Below are positions 23,558 to 35,666 of a DNA stretch of 37,256 bases, in pieces. Each line of letters opens with the position of its first letter. Within the stretch, counting starts at the first letter, position 1. Location of the stretch: NCBI RefSeq assembly GCF_001194135.2, contig NC_068988.1:40436554-40473809 (forward strand), read 5' to 3'. A program made the position numbers and the translations under genes. Source of the stretch: Octopus bimaculoides (Eukaryota). A model generated the notes under the pieces. It worked only from the letters and a program-made list of their open reading frames with translations. It ran no database searches and was not told where the DNA came from.

Positions 23558-23610
23558 AGATAAAACTAAAACCTTTGCAGTCAGGAAACTGGAGAGAAAA
23601 TGCGTATACA

Positions 23611-23698
<88 letters not shown>

Positions 23699-23831
23699 CA
23701 CAATAACACACACACACACACACACACACGCATGCACATAGATGCACGCACATACGCACATACACGTTCATAAATACACGCAAACACAAACACAGACACA
23801 CACACCGGCACACACACAGACACACACACAG

Positions 23832-23860
<29 letters not shown>
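23611..23860. repeat. (CA)n compound microsatellite
   Basis: Directly visible. Confidence 0.97.
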
Positions 23861-23862
<2 letters not shown>

Positions 23863-24000
23863 TGTATGTATGTGTGTAGATATATATGTGTGTATGTGTC
23901 AGGGCGGCTTTAAATATGTATGTATATATGTGTGCATGCATTCGTGTATGTGTGTATGTATTTACTTTAGCTGTATAATAATTATCATTATTAGTTTATG

Positions 24001-24198
24001 TCAGATTTCTTTCGTCAAACTTTCTCCGTTCTCTTCGATGACTTTGTGTTCCTCGTCTCCGTTTTTGAATCTGGTCGCATCATGTCTATTCTTGATTGCC
24101 TTTTTTATTGCCTCCACCCAATCCAAAGAATGGCTATACTCAGCTATAACCATATTTGTTTCACCACGTTTCTTGACATCAGGGGATAAAATCACCTT
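24001..24198 (-). CDS. Candidate terminal exon resembling a PH-domain C-terminal strand and helix
   Basis: Acceptor cttcacag after a (TTTA)n tract. 65 codons + stop: KVILSPDVKKRGETNMVIAEYSHSLDWVEAIKKAIKNR... The A-x(6-7)-W-x2-AI-x2-AI pattern resembles the PH-domain helix. Confidence 0.45.
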   Translation of the reverse strand, partial: KVILSPDVKKRGETNMVIAEYSHSLDWVEAIKKAIKNRHDATRFKNGDEEHKVIEENGESLTKEI

Positions 24199-24226
24199 CT
24201 GTGAAGATATGGCTTTCAGAGTGAAA

Positions 24227-24265
<39 letters not shown>

Positions 24266-24371
24266 CACATACTATTGCATATAATTTTTTGAATTGTTAT
24301 CTATATCGTTCGCCCGATATACTTTAGTTAGTTAGAGAGGTTAATATGGAGTGAGTGAGAGGTGAAGTAAA

Positions 24372-24377
<6 letters not shown>

Positions 24378-24420
<43 letters not shown>
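24378..24420. repeat. (GA)n microsatellite
   Basis: Directly visible. Confidence 0.97.
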
Positions 24421-24426
<6 letters not shown>

Positions 24427-24983
24427 AGGGAGAGGAGGGAGAAATGTGAATAGCGAAGAAAAGAAAGGAGGTAAATAATGATACATTAAGTCCAAATGCA
24501 TCATATGATTAGTTGAAAGGAGATGCATAGAGCTAAGAGAAAAAAAAAAAGACGTTGAGAAAAAGTGGGAGATGGAAGTCTTGGAAAAGGCGAAGAGAAG
24601 GAGAAAAATATTAGTGAAGGGAAGAGGGGAAATACATGGTTAAAAAGATTGTTGAAGAAGTAGGAAATTTAAGAATCCATATAGTACATTATTGTGACTG
24701 GAAGTGAAATTCTTTCTTATAAAGCTTCTTTTAATCATTTTCTCTCTGCGGAATTTCCACAATTCCCACTAGTGGTTTATCGTTATCATAGTAGCCCTGG
24801 ATGGTATTTCTTTATCCTGTTTTGGCACCTTCAGCACGACGTCAGAAAAGATTTTTATATTATAGTATTCTAAGGTAATGTGTTAATTAAATCTAAAGTT
24901 ACAGTTACGTGCATCAATTTCACTTTTTTCACTTTCTCTCTCTTTCTCTCTCTTTCTCTTTCTTTCTTTCTTTTTTTTTTTAC

Positions 24984-25380
24984 CTTTTGACAGTGGAAAG
25001 AAGAGAGAACGATTCAAGTAGGAGAGAATGCGGTTGGGAGAAATATGGAATATCTTGCATATTTCATCCTTTTGTTTATATTGATTCTGCATCAATTTGC
25101 CTTGCGTAGTAGTCCTTTATGTAGCCACATTTACTGTTTCTACCACAGTCCAAGGTGGAAACTCTGTTTTGTTTTTCTCGGGTGCAAATGTGGAATTTCT
25201 AGTTGTATTCGCTTCTTTGCTGTGTCCCTCGGGATGATTAAGAATCATTTTCCTTTTACTCCATCTCCCCATGGCACTTTTCCACAAATTATGGGGCATT
25301 GTATTTTGAATCCAGTCAGTGTCTCACGTAGGGGTCATACTGGAAGTTGCATATTGTGTGGTGAAGACAGATTGACGTAA
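24984..25380 (-). pseudogene. Exon-like segment with two in-frame stops, possibly the PH-domain N-terminal part
   Basis: Bounded by an AG (25381-25382) and a strong AAG|GTAAAA donor. One frame is open except for TGA and TAA, and includes LWKSAMGRWSKRKMIL. Confidence 0.3.
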
Positions 25381-25439
25381 CTTTTCACAGAGATAATCAG
25401 TGAAGAAGAAGAGCGTGATTCGATTGTAATAGATATTTT

Positions 25440-26166
25440 ATTGGTTGAAAGATATTTCGACAGTACGTCTTTGTCAAATTCACAATAAGAAGTGATAAAA
25501 ATAGAAAATTAGAGAAATTTAAATTTAAAGTACGAACGAGAGCTGTCAGAGTTCAAATATTGATGGAATGACATTTTAAGTCTTTAAGTTACATTTTTAT
25601 AACAAGCGAAAAGAAAAAGACAGAAAAAAAATAGACTGAAAAATAAGAGGAAAGCAGAAAAGAAAAGAAAAAGGAAGAGTATTTAATCAAACAGCTTTGT
25701 ATAAATTTGATGATATTCTCCTGTCATTTTATTCATTCCTCCCGGACGTGTGATGTTAGTAAAACACAAACATATTTCTCCTGAAGAATTCTGAGAAGTG
25801 AAAGTGAAGCAGATTCAAAACATTTTCTGAGAATATGCACTTTCAGGTCTTCTTCGAAATTGCAGCCGTTTGAAACGAAATGCACAGCAAGTTCTGTCGA
25901 ACTACCGTTATTGTGCCTGACGTCGAATCTGTGTCCGTTAAACCTTTTGTTTAATTGTTCTGTTGTACAACCAACATAAATCAAGTTGCGTTTCCTGCAT
26001 CCTGCCGCGTACACCAAATGGGAATTTCTACATGTCCCCCTTCTGTATAAATCGTAACATTTCTGTTATGATTCCTGCTGGAATACACTTGACTCATGTT
26101 GTTGCGCAATGAACCTCTCTTGCGGCCGTTTTTCAAGGTACTGTGTGCAGATAGTCCAATGTTCGT
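25440..26166 (-). mobile_element. Penelope-like element 3' end: GIY-YIG endonuclease plus 3' terminal-repeat region
   Basis: VYAAGCRKRNLIYVGCTTEQLNKRFNGHRFDV...ELAVHF...DLKVHIL. 25988-26166 is identical to 1881-2059. Confidence 0.9.
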
Positions 26167-26176
26167 NNNNNNNNNN

Positions 26177-26400
26177 TATATATATATATATATGTGTGTG
26201 TGTGTTTGTGTTTGTCCCCCTAGCATTGCTTGACAACCGATGTTGATGTGTTTATGTCCCCGTCACTTAGCGGTTCGGCAAAAGAGCCCGATAGAATAAG
26301 TACTAGGCTTACAAAGAATAAGTCCTGGGTTCGATTTGCTCGACTAAAGGTGATGCTCCAGCATGGCCGCAGTCAAATGACTGAAACAAGTAAAAAAAAA
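26177..26400 (+). mobile_element. 3' half of a tRNA-derived SINE (same family as 36927-37256)
   Basis: Shares cgcttgac.accgatg...gcggttcggcaaaagag.ccgatagaataagtac.aggcttacaaagaataagtcctggg with the copy at the window end; ends in an A-rich tail. Confidence 0.9.
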
Positions 26401-26447
26401 ATTTTTTAAAAAGAGAGTGTATGGAATTCACGAAATCCTTTATTTAG

Positions 26448-26540
26448 AACAACAATAAATGTTTTCACTCATCCTGCATCTGATGTTGCTACATGTAGTT
26501 TATCACAATATGCAGCCATAATGGATGCAATCAACATGGG
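26448..26540 (+). CDS. Candidate internal exon of an unidentified gene (phase 2-2, 93 bp)
   Basis: cctttatttag acceptor and GG|GTAAGA donor. Only one frame is open: TTINVFTHPASDVATCSLSQYAAIMDAINMG. Confidence 0.4.
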
Positions 26541-26912
26541 GTAAGATGAGCCTCCGCCATCACAGTACAGAAGATCTTAAGATTCAGATGTGAATGCATT
26601 ATTTTGGATCTCCGAGTCGCCGGAGAAGCCTTTTGTATTTATAACACCTTTTTCCCTTCACTTTAATTTTTAATATCGTTTGTACGGTAAGGTGAACCTA
26701 TTAATATAAATATCTACATATCTATACATCAAAATTCATTATCCGAAAGTCTCTATCTGTCGCTTTCTCACGTTATGCATATACACGTTTTGGATTTCAT
26801 ACCCAAACCATTATATCTAACGTAATTAAAATATCTCATCTGTATAACTGTTAATCCACATAATTGCCTCTATCTTCCTCCCCATCTCTCTCTCTCCCTT
26901 TATATATATATA

Positions 26913-26947
<35 letters not shown>

Positions 26948-27415
26948 NNNNNNNNNNNNNNNNNNNNNNNNNNNNNNNNNNNNNNNNNNNNNNNNNNNNN
27001 NNNNNNNNNNNNNNNNNNNNNNNNNNNNNNNNNNNNNNNNNNNNNNNNNNNNNNNNNNNNNNNNNNNNNNNNNNNNNNNNNNNNNNNNNNNNNNNNNNNN
27101 NNNNNNNNNNNNNNNNNNNNNNNNNNNNNNNNNNNNNNNNNNNNNNNNNNNNNNNNNNNNNNNNNNNNNNNNNNNNNNNNNNNNNNNNNNNNNNNNNNNN
27201 NNNNNNNNNNNNNNNNNNNNNNNNNNNNNNNNNNNNNNNNNNNNNNNNNNNNNNNNNNNNNNNNNNNNNNNNNNNNNNNNNNNNNNNNNNNNNNNNNNNN
27301 NNNNNNNNNNNNNNNNNNNNNNNNNNNNNNNNNNNNNNNNNNNNNNNNNNNNNNNNNNNNNNNNNNNNNNNNNNNNNNNNNNNNNNNNNNNNNNNNNNNN
27401 NNNNNNNNNNNNNNN

Positions 27416-27459
<44 letters not shown>

Positions 27460-27588
27460 GTACACACACACACACACAGACATACACACACGCACACACG
27501 TACACAAACGCGCGCGCGCGCGTTAGTATCGAGCAGTGAGAATAAATGCTCAGTGCCGTATTGGTGAATAAATATTCTTTACTTGTAG

Positions 27589-27754
27589 ATTAACCAGGCT
27601 ACGTCGTACTTTATTATTAAGAGATATCTTTTAGCAATTACCACGCCTGACACATGGAAGATAGTGCTCGAATACATATCTGGAGGAAAACACAGAAAAT
27701 TTACATGAGTTTGTGGAAGAAACAAACGTGCCGTTCAAGGGGAACATCTCTCAA
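27589..27754 (+). pseudogene. Exon-like segment (phase 2-0) with two TAG stops
   Basis: ttttacttgtag acceptor and CAA|GTAATC donor. Frame is compatible with 26448-26540: LTRLRRTLLLRDIF*QLPRLTHGR*CSNTYLEENTENLHEFVEETNVPFKGNISQ. Confidence 0.3.
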
Positions 27755-28351
27755 GTAATCATCTCTCGTGCATTAAATTTGGATTTTGATCTTGTATAGG
27801 GTAGCCGACAAGCCATACATGTACAATGCTTTTCTACCTAGGCATATAATACTTCGTATTCGCATATATGTGCATGTCATTGCGGAGTTTCTTATTTTCC
27901 ACATATTATTTTTACATATTTTTCACACGCCTCTTGCGTTAAAATTGATACATAGTGTTTCGAACTCATGGAATTGTATATTTATACATTTGTGTCTACA
28001 GAGAAGTTTGTTTCTTGTTGTTGATAATTTATTTACTCTTATTCTGTGAATCTTGTTGTGTCAAAGTATGACATTATATGAAACACGTGTGACTGGTTGC
28101 TGCAAAGTGTACATATATGGAAATAGGAACTATTATGTGCATTGAGTAAAATGGATAATGAAGTTATGATAATGTAAACCAACATGTTAAAATTACGAAA
28201 TAAAAACAAAATTTGATGCAAGGGAGATAATAATTGAAGAGTTGTCTCCCCTAAACCGCATTTTATTTTTTTTATTCCTACGTATTTCATCAGTAACAAG
28301 TTTACTAAGGGTTATTTCTACTATAGAACCGATGATAGCTTGGTAAGACTA

Positions 28352-28352
<1 letters not shown>

Positions 28353-28389
<37 letters not shown>

Positions 28390-28452
28390 ATGTGTGCGAG
28401 TGCGTGTGCGTGTGCGTGCCTGTGTGAGCGTGTGTATGTGTGTGTGTGCGTG
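28353..28452. repeat. (GT)n/(GC)n compound microsatellite
   Basis: Directly visible. Confidence 0.95.
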
Positions 28453-31400
28453 CATAAGCCATTAGATATATATTTACTCATATATTTTTATTTAATAATT
28501 GATTTAGAAAAGCCTGAAAAACGATTGCATAGAACATTAAGCTGAGAGAGACATTGTTGTGTGTAAATAGAAGAAAATTAATCATCCTGACTTGAGAAAG
28601 CTACAAAAACTAACTGTTCCTATAATACCTTGAAAAGGTTTATGTCAGCCTATGATTGCAACCTATAAGTCTTCAGGGTAGCTACCAACTACTGTTTCTG
28701 TACATAACAATATGCATAGCGATTCTTCGGAGCATAAATTACAAGTCCTATAGAATTAACTCTGCTATACTGTACAATTTTACTCTGCAGACTATGTCTG
28801 CCATTGATGTAGAATGTCTCTTATGAAAGTCGTAACAAGTTATGAGCTTATCGTAACAAGTTAAGAGCTTACTCAGTCTTCATGATTTACGACTGTCATA
28901 AAATATACTTAGCAACGCTACTAATCCTCTCCAAAACGATTTCATTGCTCTTAAAGCAAATGCATTAGAGCGCATTCAATCATTTATATATTTTTTCGTG
29001 ATAGCGCTCTATATCCAGTTTTTTTTTTTTCTTCTTTATCATATATGTATGCTTGATATCATTGGTTTCTACACACTTTTTACCAGTCGGTTTCAATGAA
29101 ATACAGTCTGTCTTCTCTCATCCTTACGGGTATTGTCAGAATGTAGCAGACTTCATAGAATATATCTTAATAGAGCTGGTTGAAATGAAAAGTAGGATAA
29201 GTGAGGTATTGGCTTAAAAAGACAACTGAGAAGAGGCAATCCGCACATGCGACACAAGACACTTGATTTTACAGCATCTACTTTGTTGAAGCCTTTGTTG
29301 TGGTTTTGAAGAAAATATGTAATGAATTCCATTTTCTGAATCTCGTATGTCTGTCTGTCTGTCTGTCACTATCTCTCTCTCTCACTCTCTACCCCTGTAC
29401 ACACACACACACGATCACACAAACACACACACGCACACAAACACACAGAGGCACAAACGCACACTTATATACATATACCATGGAGATGGCTATTTGCAAT
29501 TTAGAACCGATGGGCAACAACTACAATGGTTACTAAAGTGACGGAGGGTGCTAGTTAGCATCTGTATTGCTAGAAATAAGAGTCAAAACAACACTTAGTC
29601 GCGTGAGAGCACTTTTCTAACGACTGACTTGGGAGACAGGCTCTATTCCCTACGACAAGCAAGATGGTATAATATCAGTGCTGATTTAAGATTTAATCAA
29701 TCTTCGTCAGTGGCTCATTACTCCGTTGCCAAGTGTTAAATAGCCTAAATCACCTTGTGTACCTTACAGAAGATCTGTGGCGGAGGAACATCTGGCTCTG
29801 CCTGGAAGGTGAACAGGTGTGGAATCTGCTGGCAGAGACGTTACTTCCGCGACGGGCCTCCTTGGAGGAGTTTAAAGTCAGTTTCATAAAAATATGTAAC
29901 CTGACTAAATGGCAAAAAGAGTGCCTACAAAGCGAGCAAGGCCAGCAGCGGGAGTACTACCTCGATAATCTATAGCGAGATGGTAGAGTTCAAGAGGGAT
30001 GACGTCCTAGGAGAAGTCCAGGGTCTCGATGAGGGGTAGATAAGCAACCGGTTCAAAAGAACTTTCGGGCCGAGGTACTTGGATAACTACCAGAAATCCT
30101 TGTCCTGGGTTTGCTATAGAAGTGCTTTACTCATTTGCGATAAACTGTCTAGGCAATAGACTGTCGAGCCGGAAACCAGAACGGGTTTATATATATAAAT
30201 GTTATATACATATATATGTTGTTTTTTGTTGGGTTTTTTTTGTCTTTTTCCTTTTTTTGAACTTATATAACGTACGCTCACACCGATCCCGGCCTTTCAA
30301 CTGAACTTGGAGTACCCAATTGCTGGAATTTTTGTACCTCGGATTACTGTTCCTGTTGGATCGCTGTTCCTATTGGATTGTGCCTTTCCTGCACCTTGAT
30401 TGGATATCAGTATAATTTGCCCGTGACTCTTCTACTTTTTTCTCGTTCTCATTCTTACCTATCTCGTCCTTCCCTTTTCTCGCCACCAATAACACCCACA
30501 CCGACATTCACATCCCCTCACCATGCCTGACCTTCACTCCTTCCTCCAACATCTTCAGTCCCTTCTTCGCCGTTTTCTTTCTTTTTTTCCCNNNNNNNNN
30601 NNNNNNNNNNNNNNNNNNNNNNNNNNNNNNNNNNNNNNNNNNNNNNNNNNNNNNNNNNNNNNNNNNNNNNNNNNNNNNNNNNNNNNNNNNNNNNNNNNNN
30701 NNNNNNNNNNNNNNNNNNNNNNNNNNNNNNNNNNNNNNNNNNNNNNNNNNNNNNNNNNNNNNNNNNNNNNNNNNNNNNNNNNNNNNNNNNNNNNNNNNNN
30801 NNNNNNNNNNNNNNNNNNNNNNNNNNNNNNNNNNNNNNNNNNNNNNNNNNNNNNNNNNNNNNNNNNNNNNNNNNNNNNNNNNNNNNNNNNNNNNNNNNNN
30901 NNNNNNNNNNNNNNNNNNNNNNNNNNNNNNNNNNNNNNNNNNNNNNNNNNNNNNNNNNNNNNNNNNNNNNNNNNNNNNNNNNNNNNNNNNNNNNNNNNNN
31001 NNNNNNNNNNNNNNNNNNNNNNNNNNNNNNNNNNNNNNNNNNNNNNNNNNNNNNNNNNNNNNNNNNNNNNNNNNNNNNNNNNNNNNNNNNNNNNNNNNNN
31101 NNNNNNNNNNNNNNNNNNNNNNNNNNNNNNNNNNNNNNNNNNNNNNNNNNNNNNNNNNNNNNNNNNNNNNNNNNNNNNNNNNNNNNNNNNNNNNNNNNNN
31201 NNNNNNNNNNNNNNNNNNNNNNNNNNNNNNNNNNNNNNNNNNNNNNNNNNNNNNNNCTACAAATATCTCCGAAAAATACCCACAAGGATTCTTTACATGG
31301 ATGTTTACTGCTGGAATGGAGCTACACTCCAAGTACTGTTTCTTCTTTATTCTTTTTTCTGCGCATCGCTCTCACAATACGTATTTCTTCTCCACTCCTT

Positions 31401-32588
31401 CGCATAATGTATGTGACTCACAAACGACAAAGACGCAAATTGTTAAAACTGATAATATTCTTCATAAATACGAATAACGTAAATCTATTTTTACTCATCT
31501 GAGGTTGTTTATGGTCACATGAATTGTTTACATTTAAGAAAAATGTAGTGATGGAATTTGAAAGTAACACATTTTGTAACATCTAATAATAATACCATTG
31601 TACTTTGAATATATGTTTTGCAGGCAGAGAATGTGTCATTAGAAGAAATCCCACATTTAAAAGTACTATTTTAAGTTTGTAAACATGTGACGTTTATTTT
31701 ACAATTTACTGTAATAAATATTTCAGTACTATAGTGCATACATTTGATGAAAATACCGTTGTTAGAAAACCAACGAATTGTGATCCAACATGATGTGCTT
31801 GCGCAACTCTAACATCTTTTATAAGACACCGATCTATAGACAAACATTGAAATTAATATAATATAAGATTGCATTGACTATCGTATCAGATTATTGAATT
31901 TTTCAATGAATACAATTGCATCACATTGTAAATATTATACACTTTTGGAGAAGAGCAAAGTTCTGATAATGTGGAATTAACATTACAGCATATGTTCTTT
32001 TAAGAGTTAAAAGTCATAATGATATCAAAAGATATCATTATGAATTTAAGAAAGACACAGGGCTAATTATTATTGGTGTTGGTACTGTCGATTAAACAAT
32101 GTCATAATTTTACTGATATTTTACCATAACGAACCTTAAGTTGAAAGTCAGTAATGTGGAATTTCAAAAGCTGAACGTAAACAAGTACGGTGTAATAAGG
32201 CAATATAATTTCGCCGGAACAGTACTTTTACTTTATTCTATCGCCCTCGGATAAATGTAAGAAAAAAATCTAGAATTTCTACGGAACACGAATTATGTTG
32301 GGAAGAGGTAAATGTCCATTTTACTTATGAAATTTAATAGTTACCAAACTATGTCTATTGAGTCTTAATGGCTAAAAAGTAAATTAAACTTACTAAATTT
32401 TGTAACGGAATATGCATGCCACTCTATCAATTCTGTGATGCAAAAGCTATAAGAATAATTGTTTTTAAATTCAGCAGTTGAAATATTGAGGAATGTGAAC
32501 AAAGAAATATATAGATTCAGGATTATACTGAAGCCACCAATTCAATACACAATAAAAAGAATGCGATACGATTTATAATAAATAGGGA

Positions 32589-32684
32589 TTGACTATGTTA
32601 TGTGAACTATGTTTTTTGACTATCTTATTTGAACTATGTTATTTGACTATGTTATTTGAAATATGTTATTTGACTGTTATTTGA
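32589..32684. repeat. Minisatellite, ~14-15-bp unit (actatgttatttga), ~7 copies
   Basis: Directly visible degenerate tandem array. Confidence 0.85.
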
Positions 32685-34320
32685 TATGAACGATATTTCG
32701 ACCGTCTGTTTGACACCTTCAGAATCAAAATGAAAACTGAAGAATTCACAGAAATATAGGAATTCAAAATATGGACATGAATATCCATTGTTGCATTTCA
32801 GACAAAACGACGTCATCAATTTTTGGTTTTTCATAACTGATATCAAGGAAAATGACAAAAAAAAAAACAAGAAAGAAGAAAAATTAAAGAAGGAAGAGTA
32901 TATTTATTCAACGAGTTTTGTGTAAGAGCGATAGAAATATCCTTTCATTTTCTTCATTCATTCAGGATATGACATTAGTAATTCCTAAATGTAGTCGTAC
33001 ACATGTCTTGAGTACTAAAAATGAAGCGGTACCAGGATATTTTCTGAGAATGTGAACTGCTAGCTGTTCTTCAAATTTACAACAGTTCGATATATACTAT
33101 TTGGCAAGGAGACTCGAACATGTCAGGCATCATACCCATGTCCAGTGAATCATTTATTTAAATTTTTATGTTGAGCGACAATCATAAATTCTTTTATTGC
33201 ATTCTGCTAAGTAGACCAAGATATACTCTTTAGAAGTCAAGTAATAATCTTCACAAATACCATCTATTGTATTTACCATTTCTTTTATCATTTGTGCTAA
33301 CAGAAATGGTAAAAGGTAGTGTTTAGTAGTTCACTTATATTTTTATTGCTTCTAAATGCGACTATAAATAGATTAGGAAATATTTGCGTGAACTGAGGGC
33401 AATTTCCTAAAATTTATTTATAGCTCTCTCACAATACATTCGAAATATGAATAATATTTCGCTACAAGTTAATCACTAAAAGAATTCAGTCACAGAATTT
33501 TCTTTGACTGCTAAAGAAAGTTGTGTAAAACTGACAAATTGGTATTTGGCATTTGACTTCTTTGTATTATGTGGATGATCAGAGCGGCAGTGAACATAAA
33601 TATGGGATAACGTCAGTTTGCATAATAACACTGCACTATGCGCCCTTCTGAAAATTCAAGTTTTGTTTTCAGAAATTCGATGCAACTTTTTCAGAAACTC
33701 GACGATATATCTTACTTGGACTCACAGCGTTTTGTTTATTTATTTATTTATTTATTTTTGCGAAACAGTCACAAAATTGCAAAATGCCATGTATATTATT
33801 TCATATCCAAAATAGGAATAAGCAACTCGAAAATTCAAATGATATTCTGTCTTATTGAAACCATTGGATATGTCGTCTTCCAGTTTCTTTCCTCAAACTT
33901 ACAAAAGTATACTCAGTGAACACACATTCATCGTCACACACATTTACGTTTCTACCAACACTCTAGAGGCAGTAGCCCTGACATTCCTCTTCAAATGATA
34001 CTTCAAGAAATTGAGGTGAGCTTGATCAGGTAGGCTTGTCAGACAGTCTTCAGATATTCAGATGGATGCATCACAGTCTCTTTCACCATGGCCAATACGC
34101 TTGACGGTTTCGTCCCACTGCATGACTCTCTGGCAGATTTGGATGTTTGCCATGCCTGAAACCTTGTCTGTAGCAGGTAATATTCGCGTTGTAGCACCGG
34201 CATGTTAAGGATTTTGTAAATTGCCCACCGTCTCCAACAATGAAATGTCTGTTGCAAAGCTCATTTAGTTTTTCCCTCGGCATGCCCAGTTGCTCAGTGT
34301 CAAACCTGAACCAACGTGAA
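32685..34320 (-). mobile_element. Old, heavily decayed Penelope-like element (RT to GIY-YIG to 3' end), same family as 1881-3020 and 25440-26166
   Basis: Collinear similarity by eye: agttaatcactaaaagaattc (33467 vs 2224), tgtggatgatc (HSDH region), ttttctgagaat (33039 vs 25823). Minus-strand reads VYLAECNK...FTGHGYD. Confidence 0.8.
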
Positions 34321-35666
34321 ACATATTTTCAGCTGTCCTTCTATAGAAATCTTGTTTTCCTCTAGCAGATTTGTCCCACTGGTGTAATGTCGTAAGGATC
34401 AACGGCAACTCCACCAGATGTTAAATGCCGAATTCTGATCTACGTTTGATCTGTAACTTCAGAACGGTGAAGGAGACAAGCAACGGAAAGACATGTCACT
34501 CGAAATATGCTTTCACCATTTCGTCACTCATTTCATTGTCGTTGTTGAGACTATTGCAGTCATCGAGACAGAATTCTGAGACAGTCACAGAGTGGTTAGT
34601 GAGAGCAGTTGCTTTATTTAATCATAAAACCTGAGCCTTCTTAGTTCTTATTCACCTGGAGGTCTGGTGTGAAACAGGATCCTGGGACTTACATCATGGT
34701 CTCACTCCAGTGTCAGCAATCACCGCTGCTCATCATTTACTTATCTCCGTATGCGGTGCAAACCTACACACTAGTCTTGTTTTATATGTGCTTCTGTTCA
34801 TACTAGATAATCTTCCAGTATCGTGATAATTGCCTCTGTATCCAATGTGCCTGACACCACAGAAGACGATTTGTGCGGGTTTCTCCGAAAATTTCCAACC
34901 TTCGCAGCAAAGTTGCCTACGCAAAAACGTATAAGAACGGGTAGAATGGGCATCGTTTGCGGGCCGAGCATTTGATGCGGAAAATTTACATCAAATTGCC
35001 GTTTAATACGTCTACGGTGCATTTAGCACTGTACATTGTGGTGATCTTCCGAAAACGGGACTAAAATCCACAGCAACTAGGATACCTGCCACATAACGAT
35101 GGTTCCTCTTTTAAAATGCCTTAGAATGTTCCACATTGAACAGTGTCCCGCCAATGCCAGATCAATTTTTGACACATTCTACAATGTATTGCATTGTATA
35201 TATATATATATATACGTATCATATTTTTTATCATATATACGTATTTGAAATAAACTATGATGTATATTTCAGAAATAAACACAGAATTCTATATAAAGCA
35301 TTTTATTAATTTATTGCCGGAGATATTTGGACACTTCCGGGAACGAAATGAACTATTATGTCGTTAGGACAAATATTAACAAATCTTGTAAAATAAAGGC
35401 CCAAACAGGACACAGCAATATCTTTGAGTCGCATCGGTGTATACATATCTCCAACAAAATCTTTCACTCGCAGTGGTGTATGTTCGGAATTGAATACAAC
35501 AGATTAAGAAGCAGCGGATTATATATTCGTCACAACGAGCTTTGAGTCACGCTTAACATATTTTTAAGTTGGAAAGTTTAGAATGGATGATCCTCACGTG
35601 GCATTTTCTGTTGTAGTTTCATTAAAACAATTGTGCTGCAACATAGTTCTCTCTTCAAATCTATAG

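Noticed and set aside
28830-28871. 21-bp tandem duplication tcgtaacaagtta(t/a)gagctta x2
   Set aside because: Only two copies and no spacers; an ordinary local duplication, not a CRISPR-like array.
29530-30590. GC-richer stretch possibly a LINE C-terminus or Penelope terminal repeat
   Set aside because: No diagnostic motif could be read with confidence.
32215-32300. Possible minus-strand SINE relic
   Set aside because: Similarity is too short and degenerate to support by eye.
34733-35150. Minus-strand QLCCEG and SCCGF motifs as a third galaxin-like exon
   Set aside because: Motifs fall in different frames with stops and no clear splice sites. The plus strand reads equally well as a decayed LINE ORF1 (NVPDTTEDDLCGFLRKF; KCLRMFHIEQCP), so neither call is supported.
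35617-35666. SLKQLCCNIV after a ttgtag acceptor, resembling the galaxin unit
   Set aside because: All three frames from this acceptor contain stops; the downstream acceptor at 35666 gives a clean frame. A 10-nt match may be chance.
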